Shown here in pieces: positions 55,457-64,000 of a stretch of DNA of 64,000 bases. Origin of the DNA: Myxococcota bacterium (GTDB lineage: Bacteria > Myxococcota_A > UBA796 > GCA-2862545). Within the stretch, counting starts at the first letter, position 1; each line of letters begins with the position of its first letter. The notes beneath the pieces were generated by a model. That model worked only from the letters and a program-made list of their open reading frames with translations. It had not been told where the DNA came from and did no database searches. The DNA lies in the NCBI GenBank assembly GCA_039208735.1, contig JBCCQY010000004.1, forward strand, positions 1 to 64,000, in the 5' to 3' direction. The translations under genes and the position numbers were made by a program.

Positions 55457-56104
55457 ATGCGCCTGTCCACGATTCTTGCCGTGCTCGGTCTGTCCCTGGT
55501 CGCTTGTGAGGATGTCGAGTTGCCGCAGAACGAGCTGCCCGAAGGCGTCTCGCTGCGTGACACTGACAACGACGGCATTCCCGACCTCCAGGACGATGAC
55601 GACGACAACGACGGCATCTCGGATGACCTCGACGATGATGACGATGGCGATGGCATCGACGACGACGACGAGCAGGATGCCGACGGTGACGGCCTCGACG
55701 ACGACGACGACGCCGATGACGACAACGACGGCATCCCCGACGACGAAGATGAAGACGATGACGGCGACGGCATCGATGATGTAGATGAGCCGGATGCTGA
55801 TGGCGATGGCATCGACGATGACCACGACGGCGATGACGACAACGACGGCATCCCCGACGACGAAGACGACGACGATGATGGCGACGGCATCCTGGACGTC
55901 GATGAGCCCGACTCAGATGGCGATGGCATCGACGACGACCACGATGGCGACGATGACAACGATGGCATCAACGATGATGAAGACGATGACGACGACGGCG
56001 ACGGCATCCCCGATTCCGACGAAGGGGACGATGACGGCGATGATGATGATGACGACGACGACGACGACGACGATGACGATCGCGGCGGCTCTTCGGAGGG
56101 TTGA
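55457..56104 (+). CDS. Asp-rich lipoprotein with 12 DxDxDG (thrombospondin type 3-like) repeats
   Basis: MRLSTILAVLGLSLVAC lipobox, strong RBS, tandem 13-aa units, poly-Asp tail. Confidence 0.9.
   Translation: MRLSTILAVLGLSLVACEDVELPQNELPEGVSLRDTDNDGIPDLQDDDDDNDGISDDLDDDDDGDGIDDDDEQDADGDGLDDDDDADDDNDGIPDDEDEDDDGDGIDDVDEPDADGDGIDDDHDGDDDNDGIPDDEDDDDDGDGILDVDEPDSDGDGIDDDHDGDDDNDGINDDEDDDDDGDGIPDSDEGDDDGDDDDDDDDDDDDDDRGGSSEG
55559..56026 (+). repeat. Coding tandem repeat: 12 x 39 nt, arranged as 4 x 117 nt
   Basis: Units DxD(G/N)DG(I/L)xDxxxx; every third unit ends in EQ/EP/EP/EG. Confidence 0.9.
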
Positions 56105-56164
56105 TCGCGTTTGGGGGCGTCCCGGCTCGGCGCGGTAAGAGGCTCCGTGGAGGATCTCGGTCCC

Positions 56165-57046
56165 GTGACGCGCAACGACGCCCCCGTGATGGGCATTGAC
56201 ATCGGTGGAAGTGGCGTCCGGGGGGCGATCGTGACCCCGGACGGCGAGGTGGGCGAGCTGACACGGGTGGCCTTGCAAAACCGCGAGGTCGAGACAGTGT
56301 TGGACGCCATTCGCGAAGTGGTGGGAGACCGACGGCCCCGTGCGATTGGCATCGGCATGCCTGGATTCGTGCGGGCCGCCACGGTCATCGCCTCACCGAA
56401 CTTCCCGAGTTGGCACGAAGTAGACCTGCAAGCCCTGGTTCAAACCCGCTGTGACACGCCCGCGATCGTCATGAATGACGCGAATGCGGCGACCTTCGGA
56501 GCGTACGAGCGGCTTGGCGATGGGCGAGACCTGCTCCTGCTCACCCTAGGCACCGGGGTGGGCGGAGGCGTCGTGAGTCAGCGACGGCTGATCACCGGCC
56601 GCCGAGGGACCGCGGCTGAAGTGGGTCACATCTTTGCCGGTGGGGATGCGCTCTGTGGATGTGGAGGCCGGGGATGCCTCGAGACCTGGTGTTCCACGCG
56701 GGGGCTTGCGCGACAGGCGGCGGAGTGTGGTCATCCCGTGCCCGACGGCCAAAGCGTGGTCGAAGCGGCCGACCGCGGAGAAGCGTGGGCCAAACAGGTG
56801 CTCCACGCGACTGGTGAGGCGCTGGGGCGGGGTCTAGCCTCGCTCACCAACGTGTTTGCGCCGGAGCACATCGTGCTCGCCGGAGGACTTGCGCAGGCCG
56901 AACGTTGGTTGCACGAGCCAGCGCACACGTATTGGCGAGCCCACGCGATTGGGGCAAATGTGGAGGGTGTAACTTGGCGATGGTGGGGAAGGGCTGATGA
57001 CCTTGCCATTCGCGGTTCAGCCTCTGCGGCCCGAGCGATAGGATGA
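56165..57046 (+). CDS. ROK family sugar kinase (glucokinase-like)
   Basis: GIDIGGS, NDANAA, LGTGVGGG, EVGH, CGCGGRGCLE. Confidence 0.93.
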   Translation: MTRNDAPVMGIDIGGSGVRGAIVTPDGEVGELTRVALQNREVETVLDAIREVVGDRRPRAIGIGMPGFVRAATVIASPNFPSWHEVDLQALVQTRCDTPAIVMNDANAATFGAYERLGDGRDLLLLTLGTGVGGGVVSQRRLITGRRGTAAEVGHIFAGGDALCGCGGRGCLETWCSTRGLARQAAECGHPVPDGQSVVEAADRGEAWAKQVLHATGEALGRGLASLTNVFAPEHIVLAGGLAQAERWLHEPAHTYWRAHAIGANVEGVTWRWWGRADDLAIRGSASAARAIG

Positions 57047-58926
57047 CGCGCGTAGCTTTACTCTGGCACTTTCATCAACCGGACTACCGTGACCCTCAAA
57101 CGGGCATTCCGGTCATGCCCTGGACGCGCCTCCACGCGTTGCGTGGATATCGAGATCTGCTGGTCGAAGCTGTCGAATACGACGTGTCGATGACCATCAA
57201 CGTGGTGCCGTCGTTGCTCGACCAGCTGTTGCACTACGCAAACGGGGGAAGCGACACCCACCTCGACCTGACCCGACGCGACGCGGCTTCGTTGTCGCCT
57301 GAAGAAGCCGAGCAAGTGGTGCAGGCGCTACCGACCGGGAATCTCGCGATGACCGAGGCGTGGCCTGACTACGCTCGGCTGCGACGACGCCTTCGCCGAG
57401 GGGCTCCGTACTCGGTGCAAGATCTGCTCGACGTGCAGGTCTGGGGAACGCTGGCGTGGTTTGGGGCGACAGCTCGACGCGATTTCTTGGTGCTTCGCGA
57501 GTTGTCCGACAAGGGACAGGGATTTTCGGAGGCCGACAAGGCCGCCATGCTCGCGGTACAAGACACGATCGTGCGCGCGCTTCCAGACCGGCTCGGCATG
57601 GTCATGGCGGCTCGGGGACCTGCGCTGTCGACCTCGCCTTACTTCCACCCCATTCTGCCGCTGCTCGTCGACGTCCGCCATGCACGACGCAACTTGCCCC
57701 ACCTGCCCGACGACCTTCGCTTCGCCTACCCCGAAGATGCCCGTCGGCAGCTGACCATGGCCCGAGAGCGTCTCACCGAGCTGACCGGGGCTCCGCCAGC
57801 GGGGTTGTGGCCGTCGGAAGGTTCGGTGTCCCCCGAGGTTGTAGGGCTGGCCGGAGAAGTGGGTTTTCGCTGGCTCGTCACCGATCAGGGGGTCCTGGAA
57901 CGGTCGGAGCGTCAGGGGCATTCTGACCAGAAGGGCGGCTGGGATCTTGGCAATGGCATGACCGGGTTCTTTCGCAACACCCACCTCTCTGACGGGATCG
58001 GCTTTCGGTATGCCCACATGGACCCCCATGAGGCGGTGGCCCAGTTCCTCGCCGGCGTGCGAAACGAGGGGCCTGGGGTCGTCACGGTGGCTCTCGATGG
58101 CGAAAACCCATGGGAGACCTACACCGATGCGGGCCGCGCGTTCCGGGCTCGCCTCTATGAGGCTCTCGAGGGAGACATTCGCGCGGTGACGTTCGACGAG
58201 GCCCATGCGGAGCCCCCGGTCGGTACGGTGTCGCGCATCCACACCGGATCGTGGATCGGGGCCAACTTTCAGATCTGGATTGGTCATCCCACGGACCGTG
58301 AGGCTTTTGGGGCGTTGGCAGCGGCCCGCGACGCGGCCGAACAAGCCCCTGAAGCGTTGCGCGAAGCTGCGATGCAGCACCTGCTGCCCGCCGAGGGGTC
58401 GGACTGGAACTGGTGGTACGGCGACGAGTTCCACACCGAATACAACCCGGCGTTTGACGCGCTGTATCGAAGCCATTTGCGAGCCGCCTGGCGGGCGCTT
58501 GGCCAGGAGCCGCCCGAGTCGCTCGATCGGCCCCTGGGGCGTTCGGGGGCGCCCACGGACCGGTCTCCGCTGGGGTTCATCGACGTCACCTGGGACAACG
58601 CATTCTCTACGTTTGCGTGGCGGCGGTCGGGCGCGTTGCGGTCGTGGGGCGGCACGATGGCCCAAGGAGCTGCGGTGACCGAGCTTCGCTACGGGTGGAC
58701 CGTGGATGGAGCCCTCTGGGTGCGGGTGAGCGCGGGTCCCGATCTGCGGCTCTCCGCACCCGATGACCCCGAGGTGCGGGTGCAGGACGGGATCACGGTG
58801 GCTCGATTTGACGGCGGTGCACCCCGCCCCTTTCAATGGGCGGGTCCTGACGGCGTCAGGTGGCCGGCCGAGCCCATCACCCTGGCCCTTCCGGCGCACC
58901 CGACCCTTTCGTGGTGGGACGTGTAG
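57043..58926 (+). CDS. Glycoside hydrolase family 57 (amylopullulanase-like)
   Basis: LWHFHQP, SPYFHPILPL, WPSE, LDGEN, AEGSDWNWW. Confidence 0.93.
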   Translation: MTRVALLWHFHQPDYRDPQTGIPVMPWTRLHALRGYRDLLVEAVEYDVSMTINVVPSLLDQLLHYANGGSDTHLDLTRRDAASLSPEEAEQVVQALPTGNLAMTEAWPDYARLRRRLRRGAPYSVQDLLDVQVWGTLAWFGATARRDFLVLRELSDKGQGFSEADKAAMLAVQDTIVRALPDRLGMVMAARGPALSTSPYFHPILPLLVDVRHARRNLPHLPDDLRFAYPEDARRQLTMARERLTELTGAPPAGLWPSEGSVSPEVVGLAGEVGFRWLVTDQGVLERSERQGHSDQKGGWDLGNGMTGFFRNTHLSDGIGFRYAHMDPHEAVAQFLAGVRNEGPGVVTVALDGENPWETYTDAGRAFRARLYEALEGDIRAVTFDEAHAEPPVGTVSRIHTGSWIGANFQIWIGHPTDREAFGALAAARDAAEQAPEALREAAMQHLLPAEGSDWNWWYGDEFHTEYNPAFDALYRSHLRAAWRALGQEPPESLDRPLGRSGAPTDRSPLGFIDVTWDNAFSTFAWRRSGALRSWGGTMAQGAAVTELRYGWTVDGALWVRVSAGPDLRLSAPDDPEVRVQDGITVARFDGGAPRPFQWAGPDGVRWPAEPITLALPAHPTLSWWDV

Positions 58927-58934
58927 GAGGTCAA

Positions 58935-60059
58935 ATGGGGTGGCTGCTTTGGCTCGGGGCGTGTGCCACCGTGCCTCCCACGCCTGCCGCAGCGCCGCCC
59001 CCGGCTCCCGGCAGTCCCGCTGACGCACTAGATGCGTTCTATCAGAACTATTCCGTCACATTGCCCGAGGTTCCGCCGAGTCCGGCGTGGCCCGACGCGG
59101 TCGACACCCTGTTGTTCGCTTCGTGCTTGCAGCCCTACAAGCCAGCGCCCATTCTCGAGGCGATGCAGGCCACCAAGGCCGATCTGTTCGTGATGCTCGG
59201 CGACAATGTGTATGGCGACGCTCGCGGCGGCGACATGCGCCTACCTGAACTTCGGGAAGCGTACGCCACGCTCGCGGCCCACGAAGAGTTTGCGAACCTG
59301 GTCGGTGCCATCCCCGTCGTCGCCACGTGGGACGACCATGACTACGGCATGAACGACGCGGGAGCCTCGTTTTCGGCTCGCCGATTTGCCGAGCGCATCT
59401 TCGAGACCTTTTGGCGCGTGCCTAACGACGACCCGCGACGGCAGCGCGAAGGGGTCTACGGCGTGCAGACCTTCGGAGCCGAAGGCCGCCGGGTGCAGCT
59501 CGTGTTGCTCGACCTGCGTTCGTTCAAAGACAACTTCGACCCTTCCCCAACCCCCAACCAGCCGGGCACCGAACGCTACGTGCCGTCCGATGACGCCACG
59601 CGGACGTTGCTCGGCCCGACCCAATGGGCGTGGTTGGCCGAGACCCTGGCGGCCCCCGCCGATCTGCGCGTGGTGATTTCGTCGCTGCAGGTGCATGCAG
59701 ATGGACACGGCTACGAGCGTTGGGGACTGTTTCCGGCCGAGCGAGACCGCTTCTACGAGGCGCTGGCCGCGCGAGCCGGAGGCGAGGTGGTGTTGGTCAG
59801 CGGCGACCGTCATCGGGCGGGGATCTACGCTCGTCCCGACCTTGCGGGGGGCCCGTACCCCGAGCTGACCACGTCTTCGCTCAACCTGTCTTTCGGGGGG
59901 AACGAAGAGGCCGGACCGCACCGGTTGGGGCCTACGTTCGTCGATGAGAATTTCGGCACCATGACCATCGACTGGACGGGGCGCACGGTGGGATTGGCGG
60001 TTCACGATGCCAAAGGCAACGTGGTGCTCGACCATTCCGCGACCCTGGGCACTCCGTGA
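58935..60059 (+). CDS. phoD: Alkaline phosphatase D (PhoD) family lipoprotein
   Basis: FASC, GDNVYGD, WDDHDY, LLDLR, SGDRH; AGGAGG RBS; LGAC lipobox. Confidence 0.88.
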   Translation: MGWLLWLGACATVPPTPAAAPPPAPGSPADALDAFYQNYSVTLPEVPPSPAWPDAVDTLLFASCLQPYKPAPILEAMQATKADLFVMLGDNVYGDARGGDMRLPELREAYATLAAHEEFANLVGAIPVVATWDDHDYGMNDAGASFSARRFAERIFETFWRVPNDDPRRQREGVYGVQTFGAEGRRVQLVLLDLRSFKDNFDPSPTPNQPGTERYVPSDDATRTLLGPTQWAWLAETLAAPADLRVVISSLQVHADGHGYERWGLFPAERDRFYEALAARAGGEVVLVSGDRHRAGIYARPDLAGGPYPELTTSSLNLSFGGNEEAGPHRLGPTFVDENFGTMTIDWTGRTVGLAVHDAKGNVVLDHSATLGTP

Positions 60060-60478
60060 GCGGACCCTCGACCGATGCGTTCACCCATCGGCAGATCATT
60101 GCGCTTTCGCAGGTCGATGCAGCAGGGATCCTGTACTTTGCTCGGTTGTTCGAGATTTGCCACCTCGCCTTCGAGCATTGGTTGATCGACGAGGGCCTTC
60201 CGCTCCTGGCGGGCTTGGGCGAAAGTGATGAGCTGATGCCCATCGTGCATGCCGAGGCGGACTATCGGTCCCCGTTGCGACTCGGCCATGTGATCGACGT
60301 TGCGGTTCAGGTGGAAGCCACCGGCCAATCCTCGATCACCTTTGGATTTCGCGTGACCACCCAGGGGCGACTTGCTGCGGTGGCGCGTCACGTTCATGTG
60401 GCCATCGACAAGGCGGACTTCCGATCGCGTCCCTTGCCCGACGCCATCTTGGGCCTTGCCAAGGGAGAACAGCCGTGA
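60056..60478 (+). CDS. Hotdog-fold acyl-CoA thioesterase
   Basis: DAAGILYFA, PIVHAEADYRSPL. Confidence 0.9.
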   Translation: MSGPSTDAFTHRQIIALSQVDAAGILYFARLFEICHLAFEHWLIDEGLPLLAGLGESDELMPIVHAEADYRSPLRLGHVIDVAVQVEATGQSSITFGFRVTTQGRLAAVARHVHVAIDKADFRSRPLPDAILGLAKGEQP

Positions 60479-62160
60479 GTGGATCGTTTTGCCTCGTGCT
60501 CCACGGGCACCTGCCGTGGGTGCTCCACCACGGTCGCTGGCCCCACGGAGAGGACTGGTTGTTCGAGGCGGTCAGCGAGACCTGGCTGCCGATGATCGAG
60601 CTGCTCGATCAATGCCGGGAGGAGGGCCTCCTGCCGCGGTTTACCATCGGGCTCACGCCCATCCTCCTCGAACAGTTGGCGTCGCCCCGACTTCGGGAAG
60701 GCCTTCCGCCGTGGTTGGAAGAGCAGGCGGAACGCGGCCGGCGCGACCGTGCGGAGTTCGAGTCCGAGGGACAGGGCCACATGGCCTGGCTGGCGACCCG
60801 ATGGACAGAGCGGTTTGAACGCCTCCTCGCGCGTTTTGAACAGGCGGATCGCGACATCATCGGCGAGATGCGGCGAGCCTCCGACGAGGGGCTCATCGAG
60901 CTGCTGACGTCGAACGCCACCCATGGCTACCACCCGCTGCTCACCCATGATGCGTGTGGGCGAGCCCAGGTGCGAGCGGGTGTGGCCACCTCGAATCGCC
61001 ACCTGGGGAAGGCTCCGCGAGGCATGTGGCTGCCTGAGTGCGCGTACCGGCCGCCTCGAGGATTTTGGCCGCCCGCGATTCACGGCGATGAGCGGTGGGC
61101 CCAGGGGACGGGGTCGATGGTGGCGGCCGAGGGCATTCGGTACTTCGTTGTCGACTCCCACCTGCTGCACCACGCGACGCCCCAGGCCGTCCTCGTCGGG
61201 CAACGGGCCCAGGCGGTAGGGCCCGAGCAAGCGGGGTGGGACCACCTGCGTGGCTGGAACCACGTGCTCCAACCCCATCGCCTCGTCGAGCAGGAGCGCT
61301 TGCTTGATGTCAGCGTGTTTGCTCGATCACCCAGCGTCAGCGAACAGGTTTGGAGCGGAGCGGTGGGCTACCCCGGCGACGGCCGCTACCTTGAGTTTCA
61401 CAAGCGCCGCGGTCCTCGAGGGCTTCAGTATTGGAAGATCACAGGGCCCAATCGCGATCTGGGAGACAAGGACCTCTACTACCCCGACGACATTGGCTCC
61501 GTTACCCATGCCCAGGCCCAGCACTTTGCCGCGTTGATCCGAGATCAGCTCGGTGGCTTCGAATACCATTCCGGACGCCCAGGCGTGGTCACGGCCCCGT
61601 TTGATGCTGAGTTGTTTGGCCACTGGTGGCATGAGGGGCTGGACTTCTTGCTCGAGGTCGTGCGGGCGATTCACCACGATCCAAGCATCGAGACGGCCAC
61701 GCTCGGTCAGGTGCTGGAGCAGGATCCGCCCGACAAAGCGGTGTCGTTGCCTGAAGGGTCCTGGGGGGAAGAGGGCGACCATCGCGTCTGGCAGAACGAC
61801 GAGTTGCATTTCTACTGGCAGGTCGAGGTCCGAGCCGAAGATCGATTCATGGACCTCTGGCATCGCGCGCCATGGCGGGACGTCGAACCCGTACGGGAGC
61901 TTCTCGAAGAAGCAGGTCGCCAGTTGCTGTTGCTTCAGGCATCGGACTGGCCGTTCGTGATCTCGACCGGAGGAGCTGTGGATTACGGGCTTCGACGCAT
62001 TTTCCACCATGCCTCATTGTTCGATGATCTCTGCAATGGTGTGGAGGATCGCATCGCGCATCCCGAACGAGCGGCCGACCCCGTCGTCGAGGCGGCGCTA
62101 CAGACCTCGCGGCTGCGCGACGCCGTCTTCCCCGACCTGGAGTTGGCCTGGTGGAGCTAA
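60475..62160 (+). CDS. GH57 1,4-alpha-glucan branching enzyme (DUF1957 C-terminus)
   Basis: LVLHGHLPWV, ATHGY, WLPEC, FDAELFGHWWHEG, ASDWPF. Confidence 0.93.
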   Translation: MSGSFCLVLHGHLPWVLHHGRWPHGEDWLFEAVSETWLPMIELLDQCREEGLLPRFTIGLTPILLEQLASPRLREGLPPWLEEQAERGRRDRAEFESEGQGHMAWLATRWTERFERLLARFEQADRDIIGEMRRASDEGLIELLTSNATHGYHPLLTHDACGRAQVRAGVATSNRHLGKAPRGMWLPECAYRPPRGFWPPAIHGDERWAQGTGSMVAAEGIRYFVVDSHLLHHATPQAVLVGQRAQAVGPEQAGWDHLRGWNHVLQPHRLVEQERLLDVSVFARSPSVSEQVWSGAVGYPGDGRYLEFHKRRGPRGLQYWKITGPNRDLGDKDLYYPDDIGSVTHAQAQHFAALIRDQLGGFEYHSGRPGVVTAPFDAELFGHWWHEGLDFLLEVVRAIHHDPSIETATLGQVLEQDPPDKAVSLPEGSWGEEGDHRVWQNDELHFYWQVEVRAEDRFMDLWHRAPWRDVEPVRELLEEAGRQLLLLQASDWPFVISTGGAVDYGLRRIFHHASLFDDLCNGVEDRIAHPERAADPVVEAALQTSRLRDAVFPDLELAWWS

Positions 62161-63140
62161 ATCGCGAAATTCGCCTCGATCCCCTGACCGGTGAGGCGGT
62201 GGTGTTGTCGGAAGCTCGGGCGGGGATTGCCGCGCCGGAACGACCCCTCGTCGAGCCCGACCCTTGCCCATTTTGCCCGGGGAATGAGGAACACACGGAA
62301 CCCACCATCGAAGCCATCGTCGATGAAGACGGGGTCTGGTTGGCCCGAGCATTTGCCAATCGCAATCCCATGCTGGTGGTCGAGAAACCCCGGGATGTGC
62401 ATGAGCAGGGTGTGTTCTCCTACATGGCAGGGCTTGGGGCCCATGAGGTCATCGTCGAGTCTCGTGCGCACCATCCGTTGCACGAGCAGCCGCCGGAGGC
62501 CCAAACGAACGGGCTTCGTTTGGCCACCCGACGCCTCGCCGACCTAAGCGGCGATACGCGATTGGAAGCGGTGGTGTGGTTCCGCAACGAGGGTCGGCGG
62601 GCGGGGGCGAGTCAGCGCCATCCGCACGCCCAGGTCGTCGGATTGCCCTTCGTGCCTGCACGGTGGCAGCAGATGGCCCAGCGGGCTGCGACTCACCACC
62701 GGCGCTACGGACGCTCGCTGCTCGGTGCAGTGCTCGAGCAGGAGCATGAGGACGGCCGGCGCATCGTGATGCGAGACGGACCCATCACCGCACTTTGCCC
62801 CTACGCAAGCCAGCAACCCTACGAAGTCTGGCTGGTTCCCGACGACCCAGGGCCTCGATTCGCGGATGCGTCCGACGACGAACTCGATGCGCTGTCCCGG
62901 CTCTTGGGGCCGCTTGCTCGCGCAGTTGGTCAGGCATCGGGCATGCCCGTTTCCTACAACCTCGTGGCCCTCGGCGCTCCCGAACGCAACCACGAGCCCG
63001 GGCTTGGCTGGCACTTGCGCTTTTTGCCGAACCTCATCCGGGGGGCCGGCTTTGAGCGCAACACCGGCGCGGCGGTCCATGGGACTTTCCCCGAGGCCGC
63101 GGCGACAGCGATTCGTGGGGCCTGGGACGCTACGGCGTAG
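62151..63140 (+). CDS. galT: Galactose-1-phosphate uridylyltransferase-like protein
   Basis: CPFCPGNE, HEVIVES, GASQRHPHAQ, AGFE. Confidence 0.88.
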   Translation: MELNREIRLDPLTGEAVVLSEARAGIAAPERPLVEPDPCPFCPGNEEHTEPTIEAIVDEDGVWLARAFANRNPMLVVEKPRDVHEQGVFSYMAGLGAHEVIVESRAHHPLHEQPPEAQTNGLRLATRRLADLSGDTRLEAVVWFRNEGRRAGASQRHPHAQVVGLPFVPARWQQMAQRAATHHRRYGRSLLGAVLEQEHEDGRRIVMRDGPITALCPYASQQPYEVWLVPDDPGPRFADASDDELDALSRLLGPLARAVGQASGMPVSYNLVALGAPERNHEPGLGWHLRFLPNLIRGAGFERNTGAAVHGTFPEAAATAIRGAWDATA

Positions 63141-63669
63141 ACCAGCTTCCTTCGTACGTGATGGTCCGGTCGGGGTGCGGCGCTTCAAGCGTCCAGGTGC
63201 ACGCCCGGGGCCCGTCCGGGTGAGGGGACGTGACGCGTTGGAGCAAGACCCGGAAGGGGCGTGCGTTCTTGCCTCGGGGGGCCGTAACCTCGTGCTCGCG
63301 GGTGTAGGGCGTGGCTTCGGCTCCTTCGCCCGTGCACGCCGTGGTGACCTTCACTTTCCAGGTGCCGGGAGCGCCGACCGGGGGCACTCGCAAGGCGGCG
63401 TACAAACCGTACTCACCGGGAGCCAACGGTTCTTCTACGCTCTGCCCGAGGAAGGTTTCGCAGGTTTGGGCCCCGCGGCAGAGGCCGAGCCCTTGTTCGT
63501 CGAATGGCCGCACGCCGGCGCGGATCTCGTCGAGTAACGGCCCTACGAGTTGAGCTTCAAAGTTGGTCGCGACCGCGAGTTGTGCGGCGTTTTCGGGACC
63601 CTCCGCGGATGCACCCGTGCATCCGACAAAGCTCGTCCCAATCGCGATCATGGCCCATCTGACGGTCAT
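63130..63669 (-). CDS. Hypothetical lipoprotein
   Basis: MTVRWAMIAIGTSFVGC lipobox-like signal; Cys pairs. Confidence 0.6.
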   Translation of the reverse strand: MTVRWAMIAIGTSFVGCTGASAEGPENAAQLAVATNFEAQLVGPLLDEIRAGVRPFDEQGLGLCRGAQTCETFLGQSVEEPLAPGEYGLYAALRVPPVGAPGTWKVKVTTACTGEGAEATPYTREHEVTAPRGKNARPFRVLLQRVTSPHPDGPRACTWTLEAPHPDRTITYEGSWSTP

Positions 63670-63750
63670 CGGTCGTCCCCCAGGGAGACGGAGACTACCA
63701 ACTGCGACAGGTCTGCGGCACTTGCATAGGTGCTCGAATGGAGGATCCGA

Positions 63751-64000
63751 ATGAGCCTCGCTGAGGCGACGATCAAGGGCCAGCCGGTTGAGCTGCTCGG
63801 TCAAGCCCCCTACGCATGCGAATCGTTGCACCCACTGGTGGGGATCGAGTTCACCCTGCCGACCCGTGATCCTTGGGTGCGGGGCACGGGGGATTCGGCC
63901 CACGCCTACCTGGATGGGGCCCGTCGCGCTTGGTCCGATCTGCCCGAGTACATGGACTTTTTGGCGTTGGATTCGCCGATCTACGATCTCAAACGCGCCG
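63751..64000 (+). CDS. Partial ORF truncated by the window end
   Basis: GGAGG RBS then ATG; open frame MSLAEATIKG...YDLKRA to the edge. Confidence 0.55.
   Translation, partial: MSLAEATIKGQPVELLGQAPYACESLHPLVGIEFTLPTRDPWVRGTGDSAHAYLDGARRAWSDLPEYMDFLALDSPIYDLKRA

Noticed and set aside
55559..56080. Tandem nucleotide repeats as a possible CRISPR array or non-coding repeat
   Set aside because: In-frame 39-nt coding units with synonymous variation, no unique spacers and no cas genes.
55315..56388. Poly-Ser ORF on the minus strand, and the long hydrophobic N-terminal extension of the sigma ORF (to 55825)
   Set aside because: Antisense shadows of the GAC/GAT-rich lipoprotein gene.
57328..59028. 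566-aa minus-strand ORF and similar shadows (10089-11633, 13652-14983, 24147-25241)
   Set aside because: They overlap well-supported genes on the opposite strand and lack motifs.

Overview
GC-rich bacterial DNA, densely coding (about 55 genes). The Ser/Thr kinases, Cys/Asp-rich surface motifs, archaeal/eukaryote-type ProRS and caspase-ECF locus suggest a Myxococcota-like organism (inference). Housekeeping content: pdhA-pdhB-pdhC-lpdA, mazG-fxsA-TPR-rlmN-rluA, proS, sdhCAB, a sirtuin, an RsuA-like synthase, tkt, a class A PBP, and a glucokinase/GH57/PhoD/thioesterase/GH57/galT alpha-glucan operon. Four accessory systems stand out. (1) A translationally coupled operon of ECF sigma, membrane anti-sigma, caspase-like protease and two lipoproteins (51194-55306, minus). 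It sits back-to-back with a lipoprotein made of 12 DxDxDG repeats, and both divergent promoters carry the same TGTCCG-N16-GCATTGAG motif. This is the best candidate for an undescribed protease-gated, possibly Ca2+-linked signalling system. (2) A DTE xanthorhodopsin-type proton pump with Ala at the antenna fenestration, a co-transcribed 71-aa membrane protein, and an upstream CarH-like MerR regulator lacking the B12 motif. (3) Two paralogous soluble MCP-like proteins with a CheZ-like DxxxQ motif flanking a lone CheY. (4) A lower-GC TIR-STAND-TPR gene with six 45-aa repeats. No rRNA, tRNA, CRISPR array or mobile element was recognised. All calls come from reading motifs by eye; no database searches were run.
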